DNA of 64,000 bases from Epiperipatus broadwayi (Eukaryota; Animalia; Onychophora): positions 14,074,001 through 14,138,000 of the forward strand of contig JAQFVV010000008.1 of the NCBI GenBank assembly GCA_028023455.1. Direction: 5' to 3'. Under the pieces are notes generated by a model. That model made no database searches. It worked only from the letters and a program-made list of their open reading frames with translations, and was not told the origin of the DNA. A program made the translations under genes and the position numbers. Positions within the stretch are counted from its first letter, which is position 1. Each line of letters opens with the position of its first letter. This document shows positions 12,075 through 26,201 of the stretch, one piece after another.

Positions 12075-14439
12075 AAAATTTCTCTAAGATAAAATGAATA
12101 AAAACTAAGTAAAATCAATAAACGTCAAAATAAACAAATTTATTATAAGCACTAATTATATGTGTGTGTGGGAGATGAGGTATGAAGTAGATGGCTGAGG
12201 CTGGGTGTGTATGTTTTTATATCATTGAAATGTATTATCTAAAATTATATAGCATATTTATTCTTTTCTATATATATTTAAATATATATAAAAAAGTAAT
12301 AAAAAATTAAGTAATAAAAGTAATTGAATACTCACTGACTCCTGGCTAGTTAGCATCCATTTCAAATTTGAATTTCCTAAGGCATTAGCTATGATATCCA
12401 TGGTTGTCCTTCCAGATAAAAAATTATTCCAAGCCTTTTTTTTTTTGACATTATAGCTTCCAAATCCTTTTTTTTTACATTGCAGCTTCTAAATTTAGCT
12501 TGAAAAGGAGCTAGCAAAAGGGCTTACAAATATACGTTGCCACTTTCATATCCATATCAAGCGATAAGGGAATGCAATTCAGCCGTAAAAAAGATTTTCC
12601 ATTAAAAAAAGTCTAAAAAAAAATGAAAAAAAAATTGAAAATTATATTTTAGAAAAGAAATCCAAATTTCATTGTAGGAAAAAAAAATCTCATTTGAAAC
12701 GTAATAAAATGGCGGATTGAATAGCCTGAGACCCGTAAGTGTATGATTTACCAATTCCATGCAAACTCAGTTGAAAGTCTACATTTTTGAACAGGGGCTC
12801 TCAGGGGCACTTCGGACTCAAATGGATAGAAAAAAATTATATTATTTCTTTGTGAAATATAATTAATATTATTTCTGATATATTAATTCTTCTATATTTC
12901 TATAGACATATGTAGATTAGAAAGAATTATATATATTGCTAAAATTTAATTAAAATAAATTTCTGATTACTGTGCATCTGTATGTAATTTGTAGATTATT
13001 TTTGAAGAATAACATTTATCTAATGATAATTATAGGGTATTTGAATCCACACTTTCAAACTTCCATTCAGCTATCCATTCTATTGCATATAACCAATATC
13101 CATGACTACACATGTAAAAAAGAGAAATAATCTCCAATATACATATTTACGCTGAACCAGCACTCATCAGTTGGTCTGAGTTCAAATCCTCTATAATTAC
13201 ATCTAAACTTCAAGAATACAAATTATACTTGCAATTAGTAAAATTCAGTTTCTCTTTAATAAATGATTTTTTAATGTGATTATTCTTGATAATATGATAA
13301 CATAGTTGCAACAAATTATGTAATTCATAGCTTACAGATTATAAATCAAGAATACCTTTATTCTAATGCCACTTGTAGTAAGCTTGAATAATCAGTGAAT
13401 ATTAGATGGCAATATATTAAATTCCAGATTGGTTTCTAGCTTTCATATTTATAAGTGTGGTTCAGGATTCAAAAGTGAAAGTAATACAATTATATGTTTA
13501 GCAGCCATCTTTAACTTCATTTTTCTATTCAAACTAAAAACGTGGGATTTAAAATACCCTAAAAGTTTTGAATCCAGACTGATCTGCTTATTAAAAAAAT
13601 ACCTTCAGCATTTTGAATTAAAGGATTTTAATTTGAATACTAAAATGAGGTTAAAGGTGGTTGCTAATTGCATAACTGCATTACTTCTAGTCTTCAATCC
13701 CAAATATCATTGATAAAGTTAAAAATTCAGAAGCCATTTTGGGAATGCATTATTATTTGGTAATTACTTTATCTATTAGTCTGTTGCTTAGTGGCAGTAC
13801 TTAATTTAATAATAAAAACCTTGAAATCTGAATATCTGCATTGTAAGAAGTTTGTAAATTGAATAGATGATGATAATGGAAATATTATGGTAATAAATGT
13901 TATGTAAAAACCAATACTTTGTATAAAATTATAATTAAATTTACAGTTATTAACTGTAGCATACATTAGTCAATTCTCTCTACAATGGATTTCACTATCT
14001 TTTTCTGTCTCAACTTGGTAATGTACCATTTAAACATTTGTTTATATATTGACTGTAGAAATGTTACATCATGATTTTTAATCATTCCTTCACCTATTCT
14101 TTTCTTTGCTTATTCAATGTAGAATGAATTTATCTAGATACTATTCAAATTTTACACAGACAAATAGTAAACCTCAGCATCATTTGATAATTATTCTTAG
14201 AACTTTATTTTATTCCTAAAAGTTGTTTCTTAAATAAAAATAAAACCTTCATACAAACAAATTCAGTAGTGATTTGAAGCAAAATTCTTACATTTTAGTA
14301 CTTTTTTTCCTAGTGAAATGGTGATTATTATATGAAAGTGCACATTTTGAAAAGGTAGAAATGCAAGTGATAATTTGTTAATTATTAATAAGTTAAAGAT
14401 TTTAGGTTATAATAAATATATTGTTTTTTTTTTTATTAG

Positions 14440-14920
14440 ATGACTCCTGATAAAGAAAATTCTAATCTAAATACAGTAAAAAATGGCGAACATTTCATTA
14501 TTGAAAGTGATCAAATTGATGTCAAAATTGCAGGTGGAATTATTAATAGCGTAGATGATATAAATTCATCTCTTACAGATTCTAGCAACTATGAAGAATG
14601 TGACTCTGACAGTTCCACTGCATCTCAAAGTGATGATGAGTTTCAAAATGATCCATCTGATATGATTTCATTATGTCCTGAATTACAAATTTTACAAGAA
14701 AATAGAGAATTGTTGATTGAGATTTTAGTAAGCAATAAACTACTAGAAAATCGTTCATATTATGATGAAATTATAGATAAAATTATATCAAATAATTTGG
14801 AATATTCATCCAAAGCATACAATTTAAATTTTGAAACTACTCATAATTATTGGTTTGATAAAATTATAAGTATGTTAAAATCTATAAATTTAAATGATTT
14901 TGCAGCTAAACTTGTAAAAG
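14440..14920 (+). CDS. RIG-I-like receptor (RLR) exon A: acidic/Ser-rich N-terminus plus CARD-like death-fold domain
   Basis: Polypyrimidine tract and TTATTAG acceptor directly before ATG 14440; open frame of 160 codons +1 nt; donor AAG|GTAAGT at 14921. The C-terminal ~85 aa (LQILQENRELLIEIL...LL...IIDKII...A...YWFDKIISML..INL.DFAAKL) show a CARD-like helical pattern (pattern recognition, no HMM run). Confidence 0.78.
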
Positions 14921-15229
14921 GTAAGTTTTATTTCAAAATTTTCTTACAACTTTTTTTGTGTGTTTATATATGTATAATTATTTATTGTCCTATAGGGAAT
15001 GTCACTAAAACAAATGAAATAATATCTTATTTGCTTATGGGATAAAACTTCCTGACTTCACATTTTCAAACTCATAAAATTTCTAGTTAGCTATATAACT
15101 TTTTTTAATAAAATACAGGAAATTGTATTCTGTAATTTGGTTACAACTCATATGATAAAGTTAAAAATAGGATATATTAAATGGTATTCAAAGAAGAAAA
15201 AAGTTCAGTGATGACATATCCTGCATTAC

Positions 15230-17937
15230 ATAACCTAAGAGGTCTGCAGTGATCCATAGGAGCAATGGGAAGGGCCCGGGGTTTGGTATCTTGGAGTTAG
15301 GTGACTAAGCTTGCATGACTCAAAATGTACAAAGATGACATCAAAGTATTGTCCATGCAAAAATCACAGCATTACATAGGTAAATCAGACCCTGTATAGT
15401 ATCTAGGGTCTAAGATATAGGCTTGAGGATGGGGCAATTAATAGTCAATCCTGAATGGATGCACTTAAACCAGTTTCTAATTGTTTGTAGTATAGGCGGT
15501 TTCTATCTAGATATAAAAGGGACTAGCCTTAGGGAGGCATAACAATCAACTTTCATGTGGCTTCAAAGATGTAGGGGGGGATTCTGGTCTCCCTAATTTT
15601 TTTCTATATATAAATCAAGCAGACAATCCAGAACATGATTAAAGGTGAGTCAACAATGGGTGAACCATAGCGAAAATAATATGAATGTTGATGACGTATT
15701 TCTGGGATGGATTCATGTAGTATGTTGTCAATAAGTGTTGATAACGTAGCCATTTTGTCTTTTAGCATCAAGGCTATAAGGTCTCTGTAGGATTGAAATG
15801 AAAGGCAGTGGCAGAGGAGATGTAATGAAGTTTCTTCCTCTCTGAGGCATAGGGGGGAGCAAGTGGAATCAATGCTTGAGAAACCTTGGCAGTGTACTAG
15901 GAAATGTTTAGTAGGCAAGGTATTAATGTTAATTTTAAACAGGACGTCAAAGAATTTAGGCTCAAGGAACCATCACTTAAATTTCTTGATTAGAAGATAG
16001 ATGGTTGTTGAGCCAAAGAAGGGTTGATCCTGTGGAAACATCAGAGTGTAGGTTATAATAATTTTTGTAGAGGATGGCTTATTAGGAATAGCAGTGAACT
16101 TTGAGATATGGGATATGAGGGTTGCCAGCCAACTAGTGCTAATAGGGGGAAGGCTTATCTGTGGGAGATATATCTTTAAAGAGTGAGGAGTTATACTGCA
16201 AGAACAGTCTGTAGATGCTGTTGTAGGAGCATTGAAATATAAAGGTACCTATGGAGTGTAGGGACAACCCATAGAACTTTTTGTGTTTCTGTAGGCCTTT
16301 CAAGCCAATAGTTGTACTTTTCTCCCCTCTAATCAGATTGGTGCACAGTTTATGTACTTTCTTGATGAAGGCTTTAGTGAAGTTAATCACTGGGGTGAAG
16401 TAGGATATTTTAGGGAATATTAGTATATTGATGAGGGAGGATTTAGCGAACATGGACATATATACTTTGGAAAGAGAGGGTATAATTTTGTATGTAGATT
16501 GCAGTAGCTTATTTGTACAGATTTCCTCATGGCCATAGTGGATTCAAATATAGGGAAGCCAAAAACTTCTATGGCTTTGCTGTAAATGGCCAGGAATCTT
16601 TTTACCAGAAGATAATTGTCAGGCAGATGACTTGGCCATATTAAATTGGAGGCCGGATTGATTTTGATCGGAAAAACTCCTCAAGCACTGATAGAAGCCT
16701 GGGAATTAGCTTTTTCAGTGGAAGAAAAATAGCTAAGTCATCTATGTAGGTAATGGTGGATTAATGTATTTAATGCTGGGATATGGATGCAGGAAGAGAT
16801 CTCTAAATTTGAAGGAGCAGTGGATTGAGGTGGGTGATGAAGAACAGGGCACTGAAAGGGGAGCCCTGTGGGATGGATGATGTGATGGAGAAGGGGTTCT
16901 TAATGATATTAATGATTCCAGAGGAAAGGTCATGCCTACCAAGCAGGGTTAAAAGGGTGTTGATTATGATAGAATCAAAGGCAGTGGAGATGTCAAGCTG
17001 AACTACTACCGGCTTCGATTGCCTGGAGAATCTGATATGATCAATAATCATTTTAAAAGAGATTGATGGCATCTGCAGTTGAATTGCCCCTTTTTGCAAA
17101 TTGTTATTGCGAAATATGGGGGGGGGTAATTTTGATTTGAAATTTTGTCCTTGATTGTTGACTCAGTGACCTTGACCATCAGAAGGGGTCATTAAGATGG
17201 ACTGCAAATTCTCCAGCGGGGATGGAATTATATTGCGCTTGAGGTATTAATGGCGCCATTGCTATGGGATAAAACCCACTGATGTCTCAGACATTGGAAG
17301 AAAATATAATTAATTAAGTTGTATATGATTGGTATAGAGAATTTGGACAAATGTAACAGGAGGAATCTAGGAATTGCATGAAGCCCCGAATGGATGCTTT
17401 CAGGCATCGAAGTTAACTTGACCAGAATATCTACCTCAGTAATGCCAAGATCTATAGTTGATGAATCCATTGTTGAGTCTTGGCAAGATTCAGGTGTGGG
17501 AGCAGAGAACTTTTTCCTGAAGTATGTAAAAATCTTGAGAAGCATGTTTGATCCTGAATAAAGCTTATCTCCCACAGTAATAGACAATGGAGTGGATTTC
17601 TTGTCTCTATGGCCCAGGGCCCACCTAATGTAGCCCCTGGACCAATTGTGGGATGACTCAAGTAGATTTTTGATTTTTTGGTAGTGGGATACTTTACCAA
17701 AATCAACTGTTTGCTCTTATATTAGGGTTTCAGATTAATGATTGATTCTATAGGGACTGTATTAAGGGGAAGATTTTTTAGGGTGTTATTTAATGATTCG
17801 AATTCCATTAGGAGTGATGACAGGCCTTTATTCCGTGAGGTATAGTTTGAGATGAGGAACATGAAAATTTGAATGAAGGAAAACAAGGCATCCACTAGTG
17901 GCAGCGAAAGGATTTGAATCTTGTGGAAATATATATA
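15230..17937 (-). mobile_element. L1/Tx1-like LINE, 3' part (linker, RT, zf-RVT, 3' UTR); same family as 8975-10607
   Basis: ORF 16803-17099 VVVQLDISTAFDSI...IPQGSPFSALFF; YIDDLA at ~16735-16750; ORF 16139-16459 parallels ORF 9732-10202; C..LCLREEETSLHLLCHC in ORF 15604-15918. Confidence 0.85.
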
Positions 17938-19031
17938 TGTTGTATCCTCACCATTGAGTTGATATAATAATAAGAAAAATGGGACTAGCTCAGATAAAGA
18001 GATTATGCTCAGCTAAAATACGTATAATTTTAATATAATCAATAATAAAGATATCCTATGATAATGTCTACTATTTAACTCTAACTGATTAATAAATAAT
18101 AAATGGTTCGATTTATGAAAAAATAAATAAATTAAAATATTAATAAATCATGAGACAATTAAGTGAAGGTCAAGTAGTAAAGAATTATATTGAGCCAATA
18201 TCCCACAGGATACAATCTCAATGGTATAAGAATACTATCTCCCCCCCCCCCACTATTTCAAATAATAATAAATTCATAGCATTCTTAAGATTTTAAAGTA
18301 ATAACAATCAATTTAGTATAATGTTAATAAATAAATTCTAATCTCTTTATTAAAACAATACAATTATAATTATCTCAGGTTCTTTAAAACAACTCTAATC
18401 AGTTTATAATCTCCTGTAGTTAAGTATGATAAGGGACTTTGTATCATCCTCAACTACACCTAACTAATAATAATAATAATCTTCGATAAATAATTATTAA
18501 TCTTATCCACTGTTCAATATTATGATGACTAACAACAATAATAATAAGTAATATAATTCATTTATTTCTCATGTGGAATCTTAAATAGAATATGTGGTAT
18601 AATTTGATACAATCTGAAAATATGTGGTAACAAACAACATTAAAATTCTATGCAATAAATTGTGCAATTAATTATGACCATAATAATAATATTAATGCAA
18701 AAAGAAATTTTTTAAGTATATTATATTTTGAATCATTGTGATTTCTTAAGTAAATAATTATATCTAGTACTACGCAAATATTATGTTTATTTTGGTATCT
18801 GTCAATCATGTATTTGTGATGGTGAATAAATCAACATAACACAAAGTTTTATAAAACCAAGTTTAACAAATTTTATTATCCTATACATTTAAAATAAAAT
18901 AAAATAATTTAATATATCCAGCCCACAGTTCTTCTTTTCAAAATAGTTCCTATATATCTAATATAAAAATAAAACAAACTAACTCTTTTTTAAAACTTGA
19001 TTTTTTATGACTATAATCATGAAAAATATAT

Positions 19032-19068
19032 CCAATGTTTCGACTATTTTTTATAGTCTTTTTCAAGG
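19032..19068 (-). ncRNA. Minimal type I hammerhead ribozyme, U3-A8 core variant (inverted PLE repeat)
   Basis: Minus strand GCC UUGAAAA A GACUAU AAAAA AUAGUC GAAA CAUU GG: perfect 6-bp stem II, GAAA intact, one change in the AACGUU stem III palindrome, stem I only 2 bp. Confidence 0.6.
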
Positions 19069-19527
19069 CACACTAAAATAAAATATATATATAATAAATA
19101 TCACATATTCCAAAAAAAAAAAATAATAAAGAAATTAATTAAAAATTACAAAATATATTCATAACCAAAATTTTCTTTTTTTTACCTTATCTCACTCCCC
19201 TTTCCTATTTTAATCACAACTTAAACACAACTAATTTCTTTTTAAAAATCTATATATATCATATAAAAACTTTTAATTAAAAACCTATTATTATTTTTTA
19301 TCTTTTTCTATTAACATCCTATTTAATTCTGTTTTTATTTCATTTGTTTGAGAATGAGGTTGATATTATTAGGAATGAATGTTTTATGAATGATTATCCT
19401 AGGGGTGTAGTTGAACATTTGTTTTCTAATAAAAATATAAATAAAATAAGGAATAGAATGGGATTAGATAGGAATAGGAATAGAGAAAAGATTATTTATG
19501 TTGGTTTTAATATATCTAAAGATTTAT

Positions 19528-21453
19528 GGTACTTGTGTATAATTCAACCGATGACGTTTTTTACTTACCGAATTCCCTTCCGGTAGACATCGACATTTTT
19601 TGCATGACAACGTTGTCATGGTAACCAAGTGACTGGCATGATTAATCCATCAGAGAGTCAATTTTTTTTTTTTTGCACCCGCGACATTTAAAATTCGTAG
19701 AGAGGTTTGGGAAATTTTTTGATTTTTCTGTCTATTGTGATTTTGCTATCCACGGCATCACAGTTACTTTTTTGAGCTGTTAATTCGGGTAAAGTGTTTT
19801 ATTTATCTGTTTATTTTAAATTTACAAAATTTTTTTGTTAATATTTCTACAATTATCAAACTTCTTATTTTATGAAATAATTTTTCTCCGGTAAAGTGTT
19901 TTTTATTTATCTGTTTATTTTAAATTTACAAAAAGTTTTTGTTAATATTTCTACAATTCTGAAACTTACATTGAATTACGTTTAATGTGTAAATAATTTA
20001 TTCTCCGGTAAAGTGTTTCTTATTTATCTGTTTATTTTAAATTTACAAAAATTTTTAGTTAATATTTCTACAATTCTGAAACTTACGTTTAATGTGTAAA
20101 TAATTTTCAATAATTTTTTAAAACAAATTTGGAATATACATTACCAAATGCATGTGATAACAAGGACGCCATTAATGCCAGATTCACATTAATTCAGATA
20201 AAGTGTTTTATTTATTTTAAATTTACAAAAACTTTTTGTTAATATTTCTACATTACGTTTTTAATGTGTAAATAATTTGAAATAATTTTTTAAATCAATT
20301 TTGCAATATGCAGTACGTTTTAAAAATTACCAAATGCATGTAAAAGTGCGGCGTTTTCTGGACGCCATTAATACCAGATTTGCATTAGATCGCGTCTTTT
20401 TTATTTAGGTGTTTATTTAAAATTTACAAAAAGTTTTTGTTAATATTTCTACAATTCTCAAACTTATTTACAAAAAATATTTGTTAATATTTTTACAATT
20501 CTCAAACTTATTTACAAAAAATATTTGTTAATATTTCTACAATTCTCAAACGTTTAATGTGTAAATAATTTTCAATAATTTTTTAAAACAAATTTGGAAT
20601 ATACATTACCAAATGCATGTGATAACAAGGACACCATTAATGCCAAATTCGCATTAATTCGGATAAAGTGTTTTATTTGTTTATTTTAAATTTACAAAAA
20701 CTTTTTGTTAATATTTCTACATTACGTTTTTAATGTGTAAATAATTTGAAATAATTTTTTAAATCAATTTTGCAATATGCAGTACGTTTTTAAAATTACC
20801 AAATGCATGTAAAAGTGCAGCGTTTTCTGGACGCCATTAATACCAGATTTGCATTAGATCGCATCTTTTTTATTTAGGCATTTATTTAAAATTTACAAAA
20901 AGTTTTTGTTAATATTTCTACAATTCTCAAACTTATTTACAAAAAATATTTGTTAATATTTCTACAATTCTCAAACTTACATTGAATTACGTTTTAATTT
21001 TATTTTTAATTTCTGAATTATATCATACAGCTATGAGAGTAATACAATGTCTGATATACGTGTACGCCAGACCTGCGGTCCGACAAAAACATCCAGAGGC
21101 CCCCCCCGCCAATTCCAGCGCTACGCGCTGCTGTATTTTAAAATTGAGAATAATATTTTGACGCATGCATGTACATTTTTTTTTTAGTATTTGCCTGACC
21201 TGCGTCAGATATTTTTTATTTTTGAATATTTTTTAGCATGTGACCTGGATAATTCAACCAATGACATATTACCCTGAAGGCATATCACTCTAATCTTGTG
21301 ATTTTTAACGTACCGTGTTCACGTGATCTGCGGACACATTTTAGCGATTACATGTGTCCGCAGATCACTTGGAGACGTTATCTTAAAAATCGCAAGATTA
21401 GAGTGATATGCCTTCAGGGTAATACGTCATCGGTTGAATTATACACAAGTACC
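19528..21453. mobile_element. Non-autonomous DNA transposon (Merlin-like by TIR) with internal satellite and terminal foldback
   Basis: Perfect 30-bp TIR GGTACTTGTGTATAATTCAACCGATGACGT (19528-19557 / 21424-21453), starting with Merlin-type GGNRM. About seven copies of a 70-130-bp AT-rich motif, plus a ~464-bp higher-order duplication. TSD cannot be assessed because the right flank is garbled. Confidence 0.75.
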
Positions 21454-21529
21454 TTTTTTTTTGGGGAGGGGGTTGTTTTTTTTAGGAAGGATGTTTTTTT
21501 GAATGATTTTCCTAGGGGGTGGTGGAAAA

Positions 21530-21560
<31 letters not shown>

Positions 21561-22264
21561 AAGGAAAAAAAAGAAATTAAAAAGGAAAAGGGAAAAGATT
21601 ATTTATGTTGGTTTTAATATATCTAAAGATTTATTTATTAAAGTTAAGAAATTAGTTAAAATGATTAATAGGAAATATAATGTTTCAATTTGTCCATTTT
21701 ATAAAAAGAAAGCAAATTTAAATTTTTTAATTAATAATAATGGGGATCATAATAGGTTAGACATTGTGAATTCAGTTTATTTGATAAAATGTTTGAATTG
21801 TTTTAGAAAGAATGTAGAAATGACATATATTGGGACTAGTAAAAATAAATTAAAAACTAGATTAAAACAGCATTTAGGTGATAAAAATTCTGCTATTTAC
21901 ATTCATAAGAATAAATTTAAGCATGGGGATTTTGAAATAAAACCTTTGGAATGTATTAAGTCATATAATGAAAGGATAATAAAAGAGGGTGTATACATAG
22001 ATGAAATAAAACCAGAATTAAATAGGATGTTAATAGAAAAAGATAAAAGAAAATAATAGGTTTTTAATTAAAAGTTTTTATATGATATATTTAGATTTTT
22101 AAAAAGAAATTAGTTGTGTTTAAGTTGTGATTGTAATAGGAAAGGGGAGTGAGATAAGGTAAAAAAAAGAAAATTTTGGTTATGAATATATTTTGTAATT
22201 TTTAATTAATTTTTTTTTTTTGGAATATGTGATATTTATTGTATATATATTTTATTTTAGTGTG

Positions 22265-22301
22265 CCTTGAAAAAGACTATAAAAAATAGTCAAAACGTTG
22301 G
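22265..22301 (+). ncRNA. Minimal type I hammerhead ribozyme, U3-A8 variant, G12A-mutated copy (PLE 3' repeat)
   Basis: CC UUGAAAA A GACUAU AAAAA AUAGUC AAAA CGUU GG: stem II perfect and AACGUU palindrome intact, but GAAA has become AAAA. Confidence 0.55.
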
Positions 22302-25300
22302 ATATATTTTTCATGATTATAGTCATAAAAAATCAAGTTTTAAAAAGGAGTTAGTTTGTTTTATTTCTATATTTAAAATAAACTATATACACTATTTACA
22401 ATTATCCTTCATAAACTCTTAACAAATATAAAGCTAATGAAAATAATATTAAGTTACATACTTCCACATTATAAAAAAAATACAATAAATCAACAAGTAA
22501 ATAAGCCTTACTCCGACTTATGTACTATTTATGGCACATTTATTTAAAATTAATAATACTACTCTTATAGCTTAATAAAATATCTATTAATTAAACATAG
22601 CTAGACCATATGGTTTTCATAAGTGTACACAAAAAATATAAAAATATGAAATGCCTAAATAACACTCATCTTTAAAATATGTTCAAATATTCTTACAATA
22701 AATAAATTAAACTTATCTCCTATAATAGTGTTAGTGTTATTTTAAATATTTTTCTTCTGTTCATTCGATAAGTAAAATTGACTTTAATAAAATAATAATA
22801 TTGGTATTCTTCTAAATATTTTTGCTTGATATTACTCTAAATAAAAATCCTTATATGTGTGTTTCATGTATGTTTAAAATATAAAATATTATTCACAAAA
22901 TAGAAACATTCATTCTAATTTGTGTTGTTCCTTTTGGATGTTTTATTTTTTAAAAATATGCATTAACACGTAAAATCAAAATATCAAAATTATTCAAAAA
23001 TCTCGTGAATAGTTATCATCTTTTTTTTTTAAAAAAATAGTTTAATAAAATATGAAAAATATCTATGATTCTTTATTATCCACTGTTAGCATTTATGTTC
23101 AATTTCATTTGTATTTAACCTTAATGTAAACCAAAACACAAAAAACCTATCTCATCTCCTTTCAAAATAACAATACTACAATCCAAAATTATTCATTATT
23201 TTCTTTCATAAAATCCAATGCTATATGATGTAATAAGTGTTGAAATTAAGATAGCAATACGATGCATAGAACCTGAAGAAATAACTAGAGTAAAGACTCA
23301 ATAATATAAAATATATTGAATAATCTGCATGGAAACAGGGTGACCGAAGAGGTATGACTTTTCTGTCTAATACCCTCAAATATAATAATAATGTCCAGGC
23401 TATTTATTCAGCACTCACTCAAACATTTTAAAATACAAAATATCAAGAAAAACACTGTCCACGGAAAATATATACAAGACACAGGGCTATGTTATCTGTA
23501 CTTGCAGAAATTATTACGATAACAATATAGGTTACTTTCCTATTTTCTCCATAGATCCTACATATGAGCATCCAAAGATTTCTTTACATACTCCCAAAGT
23601 CATTATCGATTAAAACTTCACAATAGATTTAACAACCTACATCGCAAAAATAGCTAGCATTACTCCAAATAACAAACAAAATTCGCATATGATTTTAACA
23701 ATCTAAAATTACTTCAAGAAAAGGTTTTTATTCACTTTAAAAATAAAACCTCAGTAATAAAAAATACAAATGATTTTGTTTTAAAATATTAAAATCAATA
23801 TTCAAAATATTTCCAAAAGTGTAGGGTTCATTCATTAAAGAATCATATAAAAATTATGAGCATCAATAAATTATATTATGTTGGTAATATAAAAGAAAAA
23901 ATGTATGCGTATTTTTCTAAAAATCATGGCTTATACTTCAGAACAATAATGCACACATACATGTTCATACGTTCATATGACAAAGTAATATCATAAAAAT
24001 ATTTCAAGCCTTTCTAGAAAATAACAAATATACATTATATAAAATTAATAAATTTTATAAAGTTTACCTAGTGGCCCTACATTTGTTAGTCACTATGATA
24101 GACATCTTCTGGTCGAATATTTGACATAAGAAAACATTAATTAATAATAACAGTCATTCAGCATTACTATCATACCTTAAACATGTTTATGAAAACTTTA
24201 CAAAATATTAAAATATTTAAATATTTTGTTAGAATAAACAAAAATATTTAAAGTGTAATCTTTCCTACCCTAACCCTAAAATCTTAATACTACAGTTAGT
24301 ATATGTAAAAAATGATAATAAAACTAAATTTACAAAACTCCAACTCTTTCTTCTCTTCATAAAGTTCAATTTTAAAAAGTTTTTTTCTTCCAGTATTTTT
24401 ATAAAAGTTCCCTGGAATGTTGTTGCTAAGTGACCACTACCATCTTAAAGTTTTAAAACACACAGAGCTCTTTTTTCCTCCTCGGCGTGCGGTTGTTCAC
24501 AAACAGAAAAATTAATAATTTTGACTTTTTAAATCCAAAAATATTTGAAAATTAGCTATTCATCCTGTTATGAAAGTCTTTTAAAAATACAGTCCTGTCT
24601 GTAGCTTTCTCAGGATGACAGCTAATAATGTGATATCACTTGAAAAATATTTTATAAGGAATCTTTATAGTTTTTCCCGTTCACTTGGATCCTATCAGCT
24701 ATAGATGCATCAGTGTTAGTGATATAAATTTAACACGTATATGTACGGAAAATAAGCATTTTTATATTCCATTCAAAAACATTATTTTATAGTAATAAAA
24801 ATTGTAAGTCATTTATAATGGTATATTTTTCAGTCAGGATAATATTTATTCTTTTAATTATCCATTTATTTCTTTTTCTGACAAACAGTTTTATATTATG
24901 CCAGTAATTTATGGTATTTTTTAACAACAATTTGTCTTAATAATTATATCCGTAATATTGTCGATTTTTATTTTAATCTTTTTTTTTCCTAGTGAGATTC
25001 ATACTAACTTTCAAGTCAATATTTTAAAAGATTCACTGCAACTTATTTCAGAAAAAAAAAAAAAACTACACAGTACTAATGTAAGCATAAATGATATCTT
25101 TTCCTTATATTTTCAATATTAAATTCATTTCTCAATTTTTAATTTTTCAGATAATTCTTTGCATCCAAATAAAGACTTTAAGATTTTTAAAATATAATGC
25201 ATAGACATGCCAGTTCTTTGAAAATATTTCTACACAACCCTCTTGCAAATATTCAAAGTATCAAAAATAAATAATGTTATAAATTCTTCCATAATACATT

Positions 25301-26201
25301 TAAAACTATACTTTCCTTTATCAGCTGTATTTTTGTAGTTAATTCTTTTAAACACATTATCTCTGGTATTAAATCCATAGTTTTACCGTGAAGTTGGCTT
25401 AAGCTTCAATAAAAATAACTAGTAGAGAATTTATCAATTTAAGGATGCGTTATTACTTTGACTTAATAAATTGTTAATCCTTCAAAACTTTTTTTAAAAA
25501 TAATATTAAGAATTAGACTAAGTAATATTCCAATAGTGATATGATAATAATATTGATAATAAGTTAACAAGTTAATAATTCATCTACTTTTATACCAGAT
25601 ATAACTTACAATCTGATTGGTTATTTAACTTCAACTTATGGTCTAATTTATATACTTGTCAAGTTTAGATTATTAAAATTTAGAAATAAAATTTATGACT
25701 CATACCAAAATATTAAATATTATTACAAAATTTAATTTTAAAATAATTTTATACTTTCACTTAAATTAAACACTTTAAAATAACATTTTTTAAATTGTAC
25801 TTTATCAATTTATCCAATATCTTAATTTTAATGTATCTATTTTTAAAATTTTACTTTACTAACTACTCTTATTTTAAAGCTATCTAATTAAATAATTTTC
25901 CTAACATTTATTTTTATGATACAAAAATGTTTCAATTTTTTAAAACAATTCTGAAGTAATTTTGAAACATTCTTTTGCCAGCACAAAGTATGTGTATTTG
26001 CTGGTCACATGACTTTAAAAAACAGGCAATATGTAGCAATTTTTTATAATTATTGTTGGAAAACAGAATTATCTTAAACATTTTATTACAAAATATTATA
26101 TTATATATAAAAAATATATAATAATACAATTTGGAATAGTAAATTTTGAAATTACTTAAGCAGTAACAAATTAAACACATTTGTCTTCACAAAATATTAT
26201 A

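Larger units (their letters stand above)
18960..22373 (+). mobile_element. Penelope-like element relic (GIY-YIG endonuclease end plus 3' terminal repeat) with a 5' inverted copy, interrupted by a Merlin-like element
   Basis: C-terminal part of ORF 21298-22056: VYLIKCLNC...TYIGTSKNKLKTRLKQH...SAIYIH...ERIIKEGVYI...KPELN (GIY-YIG). 18960-19343 is the reverse complement of 22001-22373; the forward copy starts at 19344. Confidence 0.88.

Noticed and set aside
13100-14050. Possible decayed LINE RT on the minus strand (similar hints at 44050-44700 and 57050-57750)
   Set aside because: Only faint motif traces; cannot assign family or boundaries.
21454-21595. Homopolymer-rich copy of 19344-19490 forming the apparent N-terminus of ORF 21298-22056
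   Set aside because: Bases look smeared into neighbouring runs, typical of low-quality read ends or assembly joins. The fusion ORF is not treated as real.
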